From Hydrolagus colliei (taxonomy: Eukaryota): DNA of 64,000 nt. The position numbers and the translations under genes were made by a program. The notes below the pieces were generated by a model. The model was given only the letters and a program-made list of their open reading frames with translations, was not told the DNA's origin and ran no database searches. Position 1 is the first letter of the stretch. The number at the start of each line of letters is the position of its first letter. Of the stretch, positions 40,008 through 52,277 are shown one piece after another. Location of the stretch: contig CM068750.1 in NCBI GenBank assembly GCA_035084275.1, positions 6,758,001 to 6,822,000 of the forward strand. Direction: 5' to 3'.

Positions 40008-40787
40008 ATGCTCAATGTGTCTTTCAAGAACAACAGTAACATCTCTGACTCTGGGGGTCCTCTGGCCAGCGCCCTCATGTTCACAGCCGGGGTGACGGGC
40101 AACCTGGTGGCTCTGGTCATATTGGGACTACACAAGAAAGACAACAGGAGCCGAGTGTCTCTCTTCCACATCTTAGTGACCGGGCTGCTGGTCACCGACC
40201 TGGTGGGGACTTTACTGATCAGCCCGCTGGTGTTGGCGGCTTATGCCCTGGACAAGAGCCTGATGAAGCTGGACTTGTGCCAGTATTGCGCCTTCACCAT
40301 GGCTTTCTTCGGACTGGCTTCCATGTTCATCCTGTTCGCCATGGCGGTGGAGCGCTGCCTGTCCATCAGCCACCCTTACCTGTACCAGAGACACGCCAGC
40401 AAACGCTGCGGTCCAGTCACCTTGTCGGTCATCTACGTCTTCTGCCTCCTCTTCTGCCTCCTGCCCCAGTTGAACTTCGGGGAGAACGAGCAATACTACC
40501 CGGGGACCTGGTGCTTTATTCGGATGAGCTCGACGGCCACCAGGCACCTGGTGTACTCGGTGCTGTACGCCACGCTGATGGAGCTCCTGATCGTCTCGAT
40601 CCTGCTGTGTAACCTCTCGGTCTTCGTGAACCTGTGTCGGATGTCCCGACGGCAAAACGCCCGCCGGGGCTCCACTCTGCCGGGAGCCCGGAGGAGAGAC
40701 CGCTTCTCCTACTCGGAGGAAACCAATCACCTGGTGCTGCTAGTCATCATGACCGTCATCTTCGTGATCTGCTCCGTGCCGCTCACG
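40008..40787 (+). CDS. PTGER2: Prostaglandin E2 receptor EP2-like GPCR, coding exon 1 (260 aa)
   Basis: gccATG at 40008. Motifs SLFHILVT, TDLVGTL, AMAVERCLS, PGTWCFIR, and 'PGARRRDRFSYSEETNHL', resembling mammalian EP2 PGARRRGERVSMAEETDHL. Phase-0 donor ACG|gtgagt at 40788. Lies in tandem downstream of PTGDR. Confidence 0.85.
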
Positions 40788-40927
40788 GTGAGTTGCCAAA
40801 GACAGACAGCCCCAGAGTTTAGGACAAGTTTCTTACACTCACTCACTCATCACTCACCCACCTGTTTGACTTAATAGTAAGCAAGTAGGGATCCTTGGTA
40901 TTTCATATATATATATATGTGTATATA

Positions 40928-41132
40928 TAATAATAATCCTTGCATTTGATGTAGCACTTTTCATGTCTTCTAGACGTCCCAAAGCGCTTCACAGACTGTA
41001 CTGTAAAGTGAATTGACTATGTACTTGTGGGCAAAACGCGGCAGTCGATTGCGCACAGCGGTGTCCCCACAAACAGCCGTGGATTGAAGTGACCAATTTT
41101 ATGATTGTGTTGTTTTTGGAGGGATTATTATT
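40928..41132 (-). mobile_element. tRNA-SINE 3' half in the PTGER2 intron
   Basis: Tail and body match with an AT-to-GC skew. Confidence 0.85.
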
Positions 41133-41989
41133 ATATATATATATACATATACACCCAGGACAGTCAATTCACTATATCCAATGTAATTTTATTCTTATTA
41201 TTCTGATTATTTATCCGGTTGTTTAGTTATTTTGGCAGATTTGTTTCCAGGAGTAATAATCGCTCTGATTTGTTGTTGCTGTTTCGCTCACGAAATGCAC
41301 AGTTTGCGGTAGATTCCTTGAAGCGGTTTAAGGCCTAGCAACAGCGTGTTGAGGCACTGCACCAAATGCAAGGATTATTATTGGTATTAAATTAAAAATG
41401 CGGTCCTCACTCAATCCACGACTGTTTCTGGGATACTGCTGTAACAAGTTAGCTGACGCATTTCGCCCACAAACCACTTTGCAGGATATTCTATGAAGTG
41501 CTTTGGGGCATTTCAACTGCATAACAAGGCCTTACATCAAATACAAGGATTAGTATTATTAAGTTAGAGGTACTGCTATGGGGAGCTGCTGTGATGGATA
41601 CCAATAGCAAGCCACACTAACTCTGTTGTTTTCAATTTAAAATAAAAAAGTGTGAGCCCCTCTTCTACCTACATGTTTACAGTGATAACAGTAATATAAA
41701 CACACTTAAGAGTAATTTTTAATAGACATAGTCTTATTTCATAGACATACTCAGCATTTAAGTGTTCTGGGCGCTACCCTGCATGCAGTTGCTGTAGTAA
41801 TAAACTGCATCAGATATACTTTCACAGCAATCAACGGCAACAGACATACATTCGCACCACATCTTCCTTAAAGACCATCTTTATTGTCGTGATAATGTGT
41901 TTTCCCCAGAAATTAAAATATTGTCACTTTCTGAAGCTCGATCTTGCCTTGCGCTAAAAACAACAACTGACCTTTCTGTCTTTTGTCAG

Positions 41990-42244
41990 GTTCGGGCGTA
42001 CATTGGGGCAATTGCTCCCGACGACAGTCACAAGAGCGACCTCATCGCTCTCAGGTGCTCGTCCTTTAATTCAATCATCGACCCGTGGATTTTCATAATT
42101 TTAAACACCTCTGTGGTGAAGAAGGGTCTGGCCAGGATATTGTGCTGTAAAATGTCTTTTAGAAAGCAGGAATTGCCGATAACGACCTCCTACATAAGGA
42201 CCGAGACCATTAAACAAGATGTCATTTGGGACAGACAGTCGTGA
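41990..42244 (+). CDS. PTGER2: EP2-like GPCR, coding exon 2 (84 aa + stop)
   Basis: Acceptor 'ctttctgtcttttgtcag|GTT'. Reads VRAYIGAIAPDDSHKSDLIALRCSSFNSIIDPWIFIILNT...RILCCKMSFRKQE, with an EP2-like LCCxxSxRxQ tail. TGA at 42242-42244. Intron 1202 nt. Confidence 0.85.
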   Translation, partial: VRAYIGAIAPDDSHKSDLIALRCSSFNSIIDPWIFIILNTSVVKKGLARILCCKMSFRKQELPITTSYIRTETIKQDVIWDRQS

Positions 42245-42974
42245 CGACAGTGACTTGGCGGGGAAAGAAAGTTGAAGTTTCCCGACGTGAAACCTGGCCC
42301 CTATTGGAAGTGCAGACTCTCCCAAGAGCCAGTGCAGAGGCCGAGGGAGAGCGAGCCTCTGGTCATGGGAACCAGATTTGCAGTTAGTGTGGGTTCAGCT
42401 CACATCCAACAGCAGATAGCCCTGTGCAGAGGAAGGGCCAAGTCAGACACATGCTCAGACACATGCTTCATTCCAGTTTTGTTTGCTAACATATTTTGTA
42501 AAGTGATTTTTAAGAAAAGGGGTAAGTTAATAATACTTATTGTCAATAGGCAATAGAGTTTATTGCTTCTGGCATATCCAGGGATCTTTCTCTTATGCAT
42601 ACACTCGCTGGTAGTACAAGCTGAAACATTACTCCTCTCGGTTTGTGTTGGAGTTCCCTTTAATGCGGTGTAGCATTTTATATAAATCCCCTTCTGAATT
42701 CTCCTTGTAATTCTGATTTGCTGAGTATATTCCTGTTGTAAGAAGGACAGCCTCATCTGTACTCAGTGGCTTTACCATACGGTACAAATCTTTGCCAAGA
42801 TAGTTTGAGGGTGTGGAAGGTATGAGGTCAAGGTTGAATACTAGATGTTATACGTCATGCCTGCGGCTGCTCTCAATGAAGAACTATACACAGGTGAAAA
42901 TTCCAAGAAACAAAAGAGGTGGAATTTGAAATGGGCGAGGCAGAGGGAGACTTTCTGAAGGACTCTACTTTTGA

Positions 42975-43427
42975 GCCCTGGATCCAATTCCCAGCAGGAT
43001 GAAACTTTGGGCAAGTTTCCTTACTCCACACGTCTGATAATAATCCCTCAAAAAAAGTTTGGTCATTTCAATCCACGACTATTTGTGGAGCACCTCTGTG
43101 TGCAATTGTATGCCATGTTTTGCCCACAAATATACTCTCAATTCACTTTACAATCTGTGAAGCGCTTTGAGACGTCTAGCCCCCTCCCTGGCCTCCTTCA
43201 AGTCCCACCTCAAAAACTCTCCTCTTCGATGTCACCATCGGCAACTCCTAATCCCCCCTTCCCTCCCCACCGTGTCCCCAGCTCGGTTCTGACATAGCAA
43301 TTGTCCAGCGCCTTGGGACGTCCTCTTGACGTGAAAGGTGCTATACAAGTGTAATTTTGTTGTTGTTGTTGTTGTTGTCTGGAAGACGTGAAAAGCACAA
43401 TATCAAATGCAAGGATTATTATTATTG
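42975..43427 (+). mobile_element. tRNA-SINE interrupted by an L2 3' fragment (43180-43376)
   Basis: SINE breaks at gacgtctag| and resumes |gtctggaagacgtgaaaagc; the insert ends in an L2 tail (GTT)n. Confidence 0.85.
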
Positions 43428-44444
43428 TATGCAAGTCCAAAAAGTGATCCTAACAATTTACGTTGCAAGTAAAACAGATCATTTTTAGTTTGCATTGGTT
43501 ATCAAAAGAATGCAAGCCCAAGCAAACAATCTTTTATGCTTCATTTTAACCGGTTTGATGGCCATTTCTAAACATGTATCAACAGGTTTCCTGATGTTGA
43601 GCAAATCAAACATTAAATGATCAACACAAGGCAACAAACTAGTTGGTAAGCAAGATTGGTTGATAAACCAGTTGGCATATTTGTCACTATGTAACAATTC
43701 ATTACAGGATCACTGAAATTGGTTTACAAACTATAAAAACAAGTAGGGCTCACAATTTTAACTTCACAATGTATAGTATATTGTTTATAGATAGATGTCA
43801 AGTTATAATAACAACAATCTTGCATTTGATGAAACTTCCCACGATTTACTACAAACTGTGTTCTTTCTATACAAACAGTTTTGGCACGTCAGAATTATAA
43901 CCTCTAAACTTGCAATGTACCATTCAGAATCCAGGCCATTATATTTCCTCCATTATATATCTCTCCCCAACCCCCTCAGTTCCCAAGTCCAGCTCAGGTG
44001 CCAAGGCAGTACAGTACTATGGAGTGCTTTGCTATGTAAATGTACATTTATAATGTATCTGACCAGGTTTGCCTTCTCTTCACTACAAATTTAATTATAT
44101 GGTAATCCAGTGTTTGAAACTAAAGCTGTGTTGTAAGAATGCTACATTTAAAGTCTCTCTGGCTGCTCTATTGCTATTAACTTCTTGGAAAAATGCAGTA
44201 TGTAATCATTGTTACATAATCAATAAATAAACCTTCTCCCTTCCCTCCTTCGAGGTCTAAGTGAAGACCCTCCTTTTCGACTGTGCCTTCAGCTGCCCTC
44301 CCTCCCTGTTCAGCGCTATGGGACATCTTCCCATGAAAGGCACTCTACAAATGTAATTTTGTTGTTGTTTCTGAATGCTGTGAAGTAAATGTGGAAATCG
44401 AATGCTATGTTGGAAGTATACTACATTTGTATAAGTGAAGTTGG

Positions 44445-44733
44445 GAGTGCTCGCCTTCCAAGCAAAAGACCTGGGTTCAATTCCAGGCAGGGCGAAACCT
44501 TGGGAAAGTTTCCTTACTCCATACACCTAATAATATAATCCCTCAAAAAAAACAATAATAAATTGGTTATTTCAATCCACGACAGTTTGCGGGACACTGC
44601 TGTAAGCAATTGGCTGCCACGTTTCACCCACAAATGTACAGTCAATTCACTTTACAGTATATTCTGTGAAGTGCTTTGAGACATCTAGAAAATGTGAAAA
44701 GCGCTATATCAAATGCAAGGATTATTATTATTA
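44445..44733 (+). mobile_element. tRNA-SINE, near full length
   Basis: B box gggttcaattcc, body and tail. Confidence 0.88.
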
Positions 44734-47700
44734 GTGTATGTCCATCGTGGGATTGTCCATTTCTGCCACATTAGTTTACATATTGGGACCAATTGAATAT
44801 CCTACTCTTTGATTTAAAACGGGTTGATAAGAGTTGTGGACTGGTTTACACTCTTGTTTAAAAATGAATACATTATCATTCTTTTTTTGCCCACTAAACA
44901 AAATATTTTGCTTTCACATAGATATCTTGTTACCAGCTGTTGTAAGTGATGGGGAGAGCCATCAAAGACTTTCTGTTCTTTCATGGTCTAAATGAATAAA
45001 TAATAACACTCATATTTAATTTAGCGCTTTCCTGTAGCGTCTCAAAGTGCTTTACTTAAGTGAGTTACTTTCAACAGTGACCACAGTTTTGAGTAACAGT
45101 CCAGCTGGTGTAGATCAGTTTCATTGTCCAATATTTTACAATAATATTTACATTTTGTAATAACACTTTACAGAGAAGCTTTTGGAATGTACGTTGTACA
45201 ATAGAAGTGATTCAGAAAGAGACAGAAATTTTAAATGAAATACTATTGCTGGCAATGCTAAAGAATGTCAGCCCATTGCTGTGTGTGTTTTGTGTGAGTG
45301 TGGGTCTCATGTAAATTTGTTACATTTGTTTTCCATGTACACAGCCAAGCAACTCTGCCCCATGCAAATTCAATAAAGTACAAGTGATGATTATTAGCTC
45401 AAATCTGCAGTTTTGTCAATATCTGGGTTTGAAAATGTAAATAAAAAATATTGTATGTATTTATAGACTTGAATGGTTAGCATATTACGCAATGGAATCT
45501 GTATGCGATATGCACAGACATCTTTCCAATAAATCGACTTGTTGTAACATGGAAATCTTGTGACTATCATCTACACAATCAAAAACCACCAGCTGAACGA
45601 GTTGATAAGATCACTTTAGAATTCTTAATGTGCATTACAGGATTTACTGTGAAAGATAAAGGCAACACATTGCATAATCGCTCAAAGCAAACCCAGAGAA
45701 TTCAATAGTTCAATCAGAAATAAATTAACAATCCTCGCATTTGATATAAGTGCCTCAACATGTTGAAACATTTAAGAGCAAATACTGTATGGGCTTTCCA
45801 GGTCAGCAACGTCCCAGAGCGCTTAACAATAGCGTAACCCAATGCTGAGCCAGGGGAAGAGGAAGGTGACTATAAGCACGGTGAAACAGGAAGGTCTTCA
45901 GACGCAACCTGAAATTGAGGAAAGGGAGCAAGGCGAAGGGATTGAGGGAGGGAGTTCCACAGCATGTTGGGGTGCACTGGCTAAGGAGAGCAGAGGGGAT
46001 GACAGATTTCCAGGAGGCTGAAGCCAGCTGAGGGAATAGGGTAGGTAGACGATTGAGTGGAAGCAATTACAGAATTACTTGCCCGTCATTCATACCATAT
46101 TTCTCCAACATCACTGAGCTCCCGCAGCACTGCATTGGGATAGCAGACACAAAATCCAAATGTGGGCCTTGAACTAATTTATCTTCAGATTGAAAAGTGA
46201 ATGCTGCTGAGTGAGCCAGGCTGGCACCCAGTAAGATGGATAGATTTATATGGGTTCCCTGCCTGATGGAGCCACAATCAGATTCTGCACTAAAATAACA
46301 TGTCGGTCATAATCTTTCACTTCCACCAATATATGCCCACAAAACAGGCACATAATTTACAGGACATCCTATGAAGCACTTTGAGACTCCTCCCAGGAGT
46401 AATTGGCGCTATATCAAATGAAAAGATTATGATTATTATACCTATTAGATGCTATTTGAATGAACATTCATTTAGCCCAACTCGTAAATACATTGATCCA
46501 ATCGGTAGATTCAGGTGGCTTTTTCACTATTAACCACAGCACATGTGCAGCCTTGAATAATCTTAATGTACAGACAGTGCACAGTGGTAAACAGCAGAAT
46601 GTAAGGTTGTGGGCGATGAACAGCACACATTAAAAGTTAAATACTGTAACAAGTTTATTGCGTTAGGAAAATTTAGTCCAGTCCTTCTAAAATTATATTT
46701 AGTCATATCAGCATTTCATTTTTAGGACGCTATATGGCCATCACCTCGCCAAAACTTCAGATTTGCCTGTAGAAGCAACAAAAAGCTATTTGTATGCAAC
46801 AACAACAAAATTACATTTGCATACATCATGTGGAAAAACACTGATGATAACTACTGAGCAGTACTGTACTTACAAGAGATGGTTATAAAATAACCATCAT
46901 GGAAGACGTTAATTAGATGGTGAGATACCGACAATCAGCAGTAAGTAACCAAGGTAGCATCCAGCATGTAAACTTTGACCAGATAGCAATCTACAGTACC
47001 CATTACATCAGCAGCAGTGTGGTGTCTCAAATGCCATCATCTGCACAGATAGATATAAATAACTTTTAAATGGGTTTTTCTGCCTTAAGGGAAAGAAAAC
47101 ATTACTCGCACATGATTAACGATTTATGATGAGATTAAATTATATTTCAAGCAAATGTCTGGCTTCTGTTTTACCTTCAAAGTACTGTACATCAAAACTC
47201 GCAATTGTCTTGCTTCCTATTATCATTATCCTGTTGTACAAACACCCATTAAAAACTCAAACAAATATGAAGATTATGCAGTCTGTCTTTGCCCTTTTTT
47301 CTATACTTATATTGTCAGACACTGAGCCAGACCATTTTTTGAAAAAAAAAGTGATTTCCTGTTGCTGTAAACCAGTTGATCTAACATTTGCTTAGATCTG
47401 TATAGCTCAGTATATAGCTCCAGTCTAGGTTGAAATCCTGCATTCCATTTCCAGTTGTGTGTGTATTGACTCGTGAGCTAGGGAGAACTTGAAGAAGCAG
47501 TGGATTGTGGCTGATATCAATCAGAGGTGGAGGGAAAATTTCCGTGTTACCCTTTTGACTTGAATGGGGCCTACAATTCACTCCAGTTAATTCTGAAGAA
47601 ATGAGGTCAATGTCTCAAAGGGCTTTTCAGCATCCTGTTTATATTATGTTGAGAACAGTTGCACTCTCTCAGTCCATAGCTCTCCTAATCCACTTAGTGT

Positions 47701-49472
47701 GAATAACCTCCAACAATTATGATTTTGTTGCATTCAATTTGATTCTTATAATTGTAGCTCAACTATAATCAAGGTTCTGAATTAAACCCAATCAGCTCAA
47801 TTTGATTAATTTTCCAGGCCCAATAATCACAGATGTATTGGTTGTCATTCAATGCAGCCAAAGCCCCACAGATACTTGTACAATATCTATACCCAGTACC
47901 TTCAAGCTTTTCTCAAGGCTAACTTGTGCTTTTGCTGTTGAGTTTTACAGGGTTGGCACATTGTGGGATTTAGAATGGAAGGTGGATGATATAACACCTT
48001 ATCATATCATCAAAATGTCTCACATTGCTTCACAGAATTCACTGTAGAGTGTAATATTAACTGTTTGTAGACACATTCAGTAGGAAATTTGCACACAGCA
48101 ACGTCTCACAAACATTCATAATGTGAATGGTCATTTTTTTCTGGGAGGAACTCCCTTCTCTTTTTTATGGAATGCTATGGGATCTTTAATATTAGAGTTA
48201 CTAGAGTTAGAAATATTACTATGCATTGTGGTAAAACGAAAAGTTAACATGATTGCATTAGTTATAGTGAAATATTAAATGTTACTATATCAAATAGGAC
48301 TCTAAAGCTTATTATTAAAGCTACTTTCAAAATGCCTTTTGCTTTGTTTAGTCAGGTTTCTCACCCATTACATTATTTAAGCGTATCCAAACCTGAAATT
48401 CATAAGTGCCAACTACATATGGAAATGTCTGTGACTGGAATAGAATGTGCACTCTCTCTCCCCTGCTCCCCTCACTAGAGACTATTGGGCAAGAGCCAAG
48501 GCTTCAGGAACCCAAAATAAGTCACAGGGTTTGCTTTTCACTAGAAGTTTCATTTCTTTTAATCTCGAGAGTTTGCAGTCTTTTAAAGCTGAACTGTCAT
48601 TTTTATTTATTTAAATAGAATCATACCTACTCGCAGTTTCCAATAACTAACCAACTAACCAACCAACGAACTAACTAACATATGGGTGAGATTTTATTGT
48701 GTCTTCCTGTCTTGAAGTTTGCCATCAAGATACAGTATGAATAACTCACTTTTGTTTATTCAAACTATATGCTTTTCTAATCCTTAGTTTAAATTAGATA
48801 TCTGTGTGATTGGCTATATGCAGTAAGCATAGACCTGATGAGTCAGTGTTTGGCTAGTTTTAAAAACCTACAAAGTAATATTGCGATGTGTGTTGATAAA
48901 AACATTGTGATTCTTTCAGTTATTTACAATTTTTTAAAGTTCTGACATTTACTTACTGGTTCTTCCTGCCTATTTTGCCAGGGTACTGTTTGACACATAA
49001 GGAAGAAATTTAAGTCAGGATGATTCATAGGCACTTCTAGGATCCTTTTATTGCAATGGCTACATACAAATCCATGAATACTGTACTACTCTTCTCTCTC
49101 TTATTGACTTTAGCGTTGAGTGTATATTATTCTTCACTTTATTACTAGTGATTGATGTCATGCGATTATAATGGGATTTCTTGCCTTTCTAACATTCAGT
49201 AAAATAATGGATCACACTGTTTTGTCTAAATTTTGCATATGTAGGATTAATATACTGTAGTAAGGACAGACATAGAGTCTAAAATATACAGAATTCACAC
49301 TGGTAATCAGCCTGAATTGAATCAGTACATTCTGTGACTGTGCGGTGAATTGGTTCCACTCAGTTTGACCTGGATTGAGTTTGAATAGCAGAAATTGAGC
49401 CAAAGAAAACTAGATTGAATTTCCTAACAAACAAAGTCACTCTGTCACAATCAATTAGTGGTACTGTATCAA

Positions 49473-49775
49473 TGGAGTCCTGTAGTTCAGTGGTTAGAGC
49501 CCTCATCCCACAAATCTGGGTTCAATTCCCCACAAGTCAGAACCTTGGGCAAGTTTTCTTACTCCATACACCTGATAACAACCCCTCAAGAAAAATGAAC
49601 AATAATAAATTCTACAATTCAATCTAGGACTGTTTGTGGGACTCCATTGGGCACAATTAGCTGCCACCCACAAAAATAGTCAATTCACTTTACAGTATAT
49701 TCTGTGAAACGCTTTGAGATGTCTAGAAGACATTATAAGATGTTGTACCAAATGCAAGGATTATTATTGTTATTA
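49473..49775 (+). mobile_element. Full-length tRNA-SINE
   Basis: ggagtcctgtagttcagtggttagagc head and tail. Confidence 0.88.
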
Positions 49776-50826
49776 CTGTATTACGAATTTTGCCTTTGAT
49801 GAAAAAACAAACTGGCGATCTAACAGCATTGCAACTGTGGCTACGCTCAAAAGAGAGATTCAAACTGGTGTGCCAACTCTGAGGATCACTCTAACAAGTG
49901 TTTAGCCAATCCCTAGGCTGTTATGTAGAGGGAATTTAAAAATATTGTTGTTTCCTCTTGTATGCCTTTTCTTCTCCATCTAGAAGCTCATAAAGTTCCA
50001 CAGTCCTCAAGTACTTTCTTTGAGAAGCCATTCTTCATGTATAATGGTCATCAGTGTGTATCAGTGGACTAATAAACAAAGGGCACATCATCACAGCTAA
50101 ATTGAATTCTGTTCTCATCTGAAAAACCACATGGACTGCATAATAATCACTAGTAAGAAGCCAAAGTCCAATTATAGCTCCCTTATTTTTTACCCAGGTC
50201 TACATTGCTCAGTACCACCCACAGAGTCATCAGTGGAGTGAACCAATGTCACAAATTGTTTTTAAACAAATAAGTGATTAGCAACAGCTGACATTGAATA
50301 TACAAATACCGGTAGTTGGTAATGGTATCTTGTTTCTGACCGAAAGGACATTGATTGGGGGTATGTCTGGCCAAAGCAAGCAAATTAGAGTTCTAAAAAC
50401 AAAATGTAGCTCTTATCTATTCATATTTATAGCTAAATTTTTCCTAGGGGTAATTAAACTTTTCAATACATCTCAGTAACTATCCCAGTGCTAGTTACAG
50501 TACAACTCCTGTAATGCATCTCCATATCTATCCAAAGAGCTTCTATGATAAAAAGCTGTCATACATTGGTAGACTGATTTAATTGTCAACGGAAATTGTT
50601 TTTCCTCCCCACACCCACCCCATGAAGAATGCATTAGTATTTTCACCAAAACCTAAAACCCAACAATAACATTAAAAGCAATGCCTGCATATTATCAAAT
50701 GCCGGCATATTGTCTACAAAACTGCTGTTTGTACAGTTTAAAACCATCTCTATGCCCACAATCTTGAAAATACCACAAGCAAGAATGATAAATGTGTCCA
50801 AGCCAGAAATAGAACGTGCAACTCAC

Positions 50827-50855
50827 GCAGCGGAAACCAAGTGTTAGCTGATTAT
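50827..50855 (-). pseudogene. Possible 29-nt micro-exon of the NWD2-like locus
   Basis: tttatttgctttcag|ATAATCAGCTAACACTTGGTTTCCGCTGC|gtgagt; peptide (D)NQLTLGFRC, weakly like NWD2 'NDQFVVSLC'. Confidence 0.3.
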
Positions 50856-51035
50856 CTGAAAGCAAATAAATGGTGACCAAAAGGTTGTGATATCCAACCT
50901 AATATCTAAAAAAAATCAGCATTTTATTAAGACGTTGAAATGGTATCAGACTTTTCAATCGCCCTGTACAAGGAAATGCAATCATTCCTGTTAAAAACAA
51001 ATCCACATATCCATTCTGCGTAACATCTGAATTCC

Positions 51036-51071
51036 ATGCTTCTCGGCTTTTGGCTGAAGGTGAGACCTAGT
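51036..51071 (+). pseudogene. U2 snRNA 5'-end fragment
   Basis: atgcttctcggcttttggctgaag...tagt versus U2 5' AUCGCUUCUCGGCCUUUUGGCUAAGAUCAAGUGUAGU. Confidence 0.45.
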
Positions 51072-51222
51072 ATTGGTGCATATCAGTTACTACTTGGGAT
51101 ACGCAACTGTCAGAATCTCCCCATAATGCATTAAGAGAGAATGAGCAGGGGCTGTGGCTGTGTCTGTAGAGGAAGCAAATATACTGCAATACAGGGCTAG
51201 CTCAACCACTTGTTTACTTGGC

Positions 51223-51406
51223 TCAAGTTCTGTTCCATATGTATGAGATAATAACCCTATACTGTACAAAGATTATCATCAGAATCAGAGCGCTGTACAA
51301 ATCTGTAACACAAGATTCTACATCATGGTTTTCCAAGATTATCACGGATTTATTAGAAGACAAGACACAGCGTTTCCATATATGTAGTTCAGGGGAACTT
51401 CCGAAA
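51223..51406 (-). pseudogene. NWD2-like exon ending in a premature stop or frameshift
   Basis: Acceptor 'ttttactttcacag|', in phase with the 54252 exon. Peptide SFGSSPELHIWKRCVLSSNKSVIILENHDVESCV...SYIWNRT* aligns with recalled NWD2 'SLDGSDCVHKWNFSSG...HEGIVEHCV...QYVWHT'. In-frame TGA at 51223-51225. Confidence 0.55.
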
Positions 51407-52009
51407 CTGTGAAAGTAAAACAAATAATGGTTCGATTGGAAGCTTGAAGTCAGGTCCTAGGATTACGAATTTCTGTCGAGAACAAACACACTCTTTTGAG
51501 TCTTGCTAATCAGGTTTTGCATCTACAGCTGTTGGAGCAGCTTTGATGCTTTTCACACACGATAATTATTACAAACATGAATGTAGGTTTCTCAATGAAT
51601 AATCTGAAGTTTATCAACCCGAGAAGCCTATGCAGAACATAGATTTCACCAAGACACCAAGACAAAGGACAATTTGAAAAGAAGCAGTCAACGATATGAT
51701 ATTCGATTACCCATAAATATACAGTATTCCCTCTGCATTCATTATAGGCAGCTGTATTGTTACAGCAGTTTGGCTTTAATCATTCTAATTAATAAGTAAG
51801 GCCAGGATGCAAAGCCGTTGCTGAAATTTCTTGCTCCAGGTTTGACATAATAACCCACAAATTTATATTTGTGGAGCATGTACAAGGGTTGGTTTAGCCA
51901 AATCAAAACCATCTCAAATATTTTGCAGCTTTCTATTTTACAAGGTGCAGTATTAGCTCCTGTTCCGAATTTGCCTGCCACTTTCTGCCCACAAACACTT
52001 GAAAGCTCG

Positions 52010-52277
52010 ACTTACATGCGAGAGACCTGGGTTCATTTCCAGGCAGGTCAAAACCTTGGGCAAGTTTCCTTACCCCACACGCCTAATAATAATCTCTCAA
52101 AAAAATCAATAATAAATTGGTCATTTCAATCCCTGACTGTTTGTGGGACAAGTGGTTGCCGAGTTTCTCCCACATATATACAGTCAATTCACTTTAAAGT
52201 ATATTTTGTGAAGCACTTTGAGACGTCTAGAAGACATGAAAAACGCGATATCAAATGCAAGGTTGATTATTATTATT
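52010..52277 (+). mobile_element. tRNA-SINE
   Basis: Partial head, body and tail. Confidence 0.85.

Noticed and set aside
40001-40039. Out-of-frame upstream ATG overlapping the PTGER2 start
   Set aside because: Weak context (-3 T) versus the strong gccATG 7 nt downstream; no evidence it is used.
40212-40822. Antisense and alternative ORFs over PTGER2 exon 1
   Set aside because: Same GC3 shadow effect.
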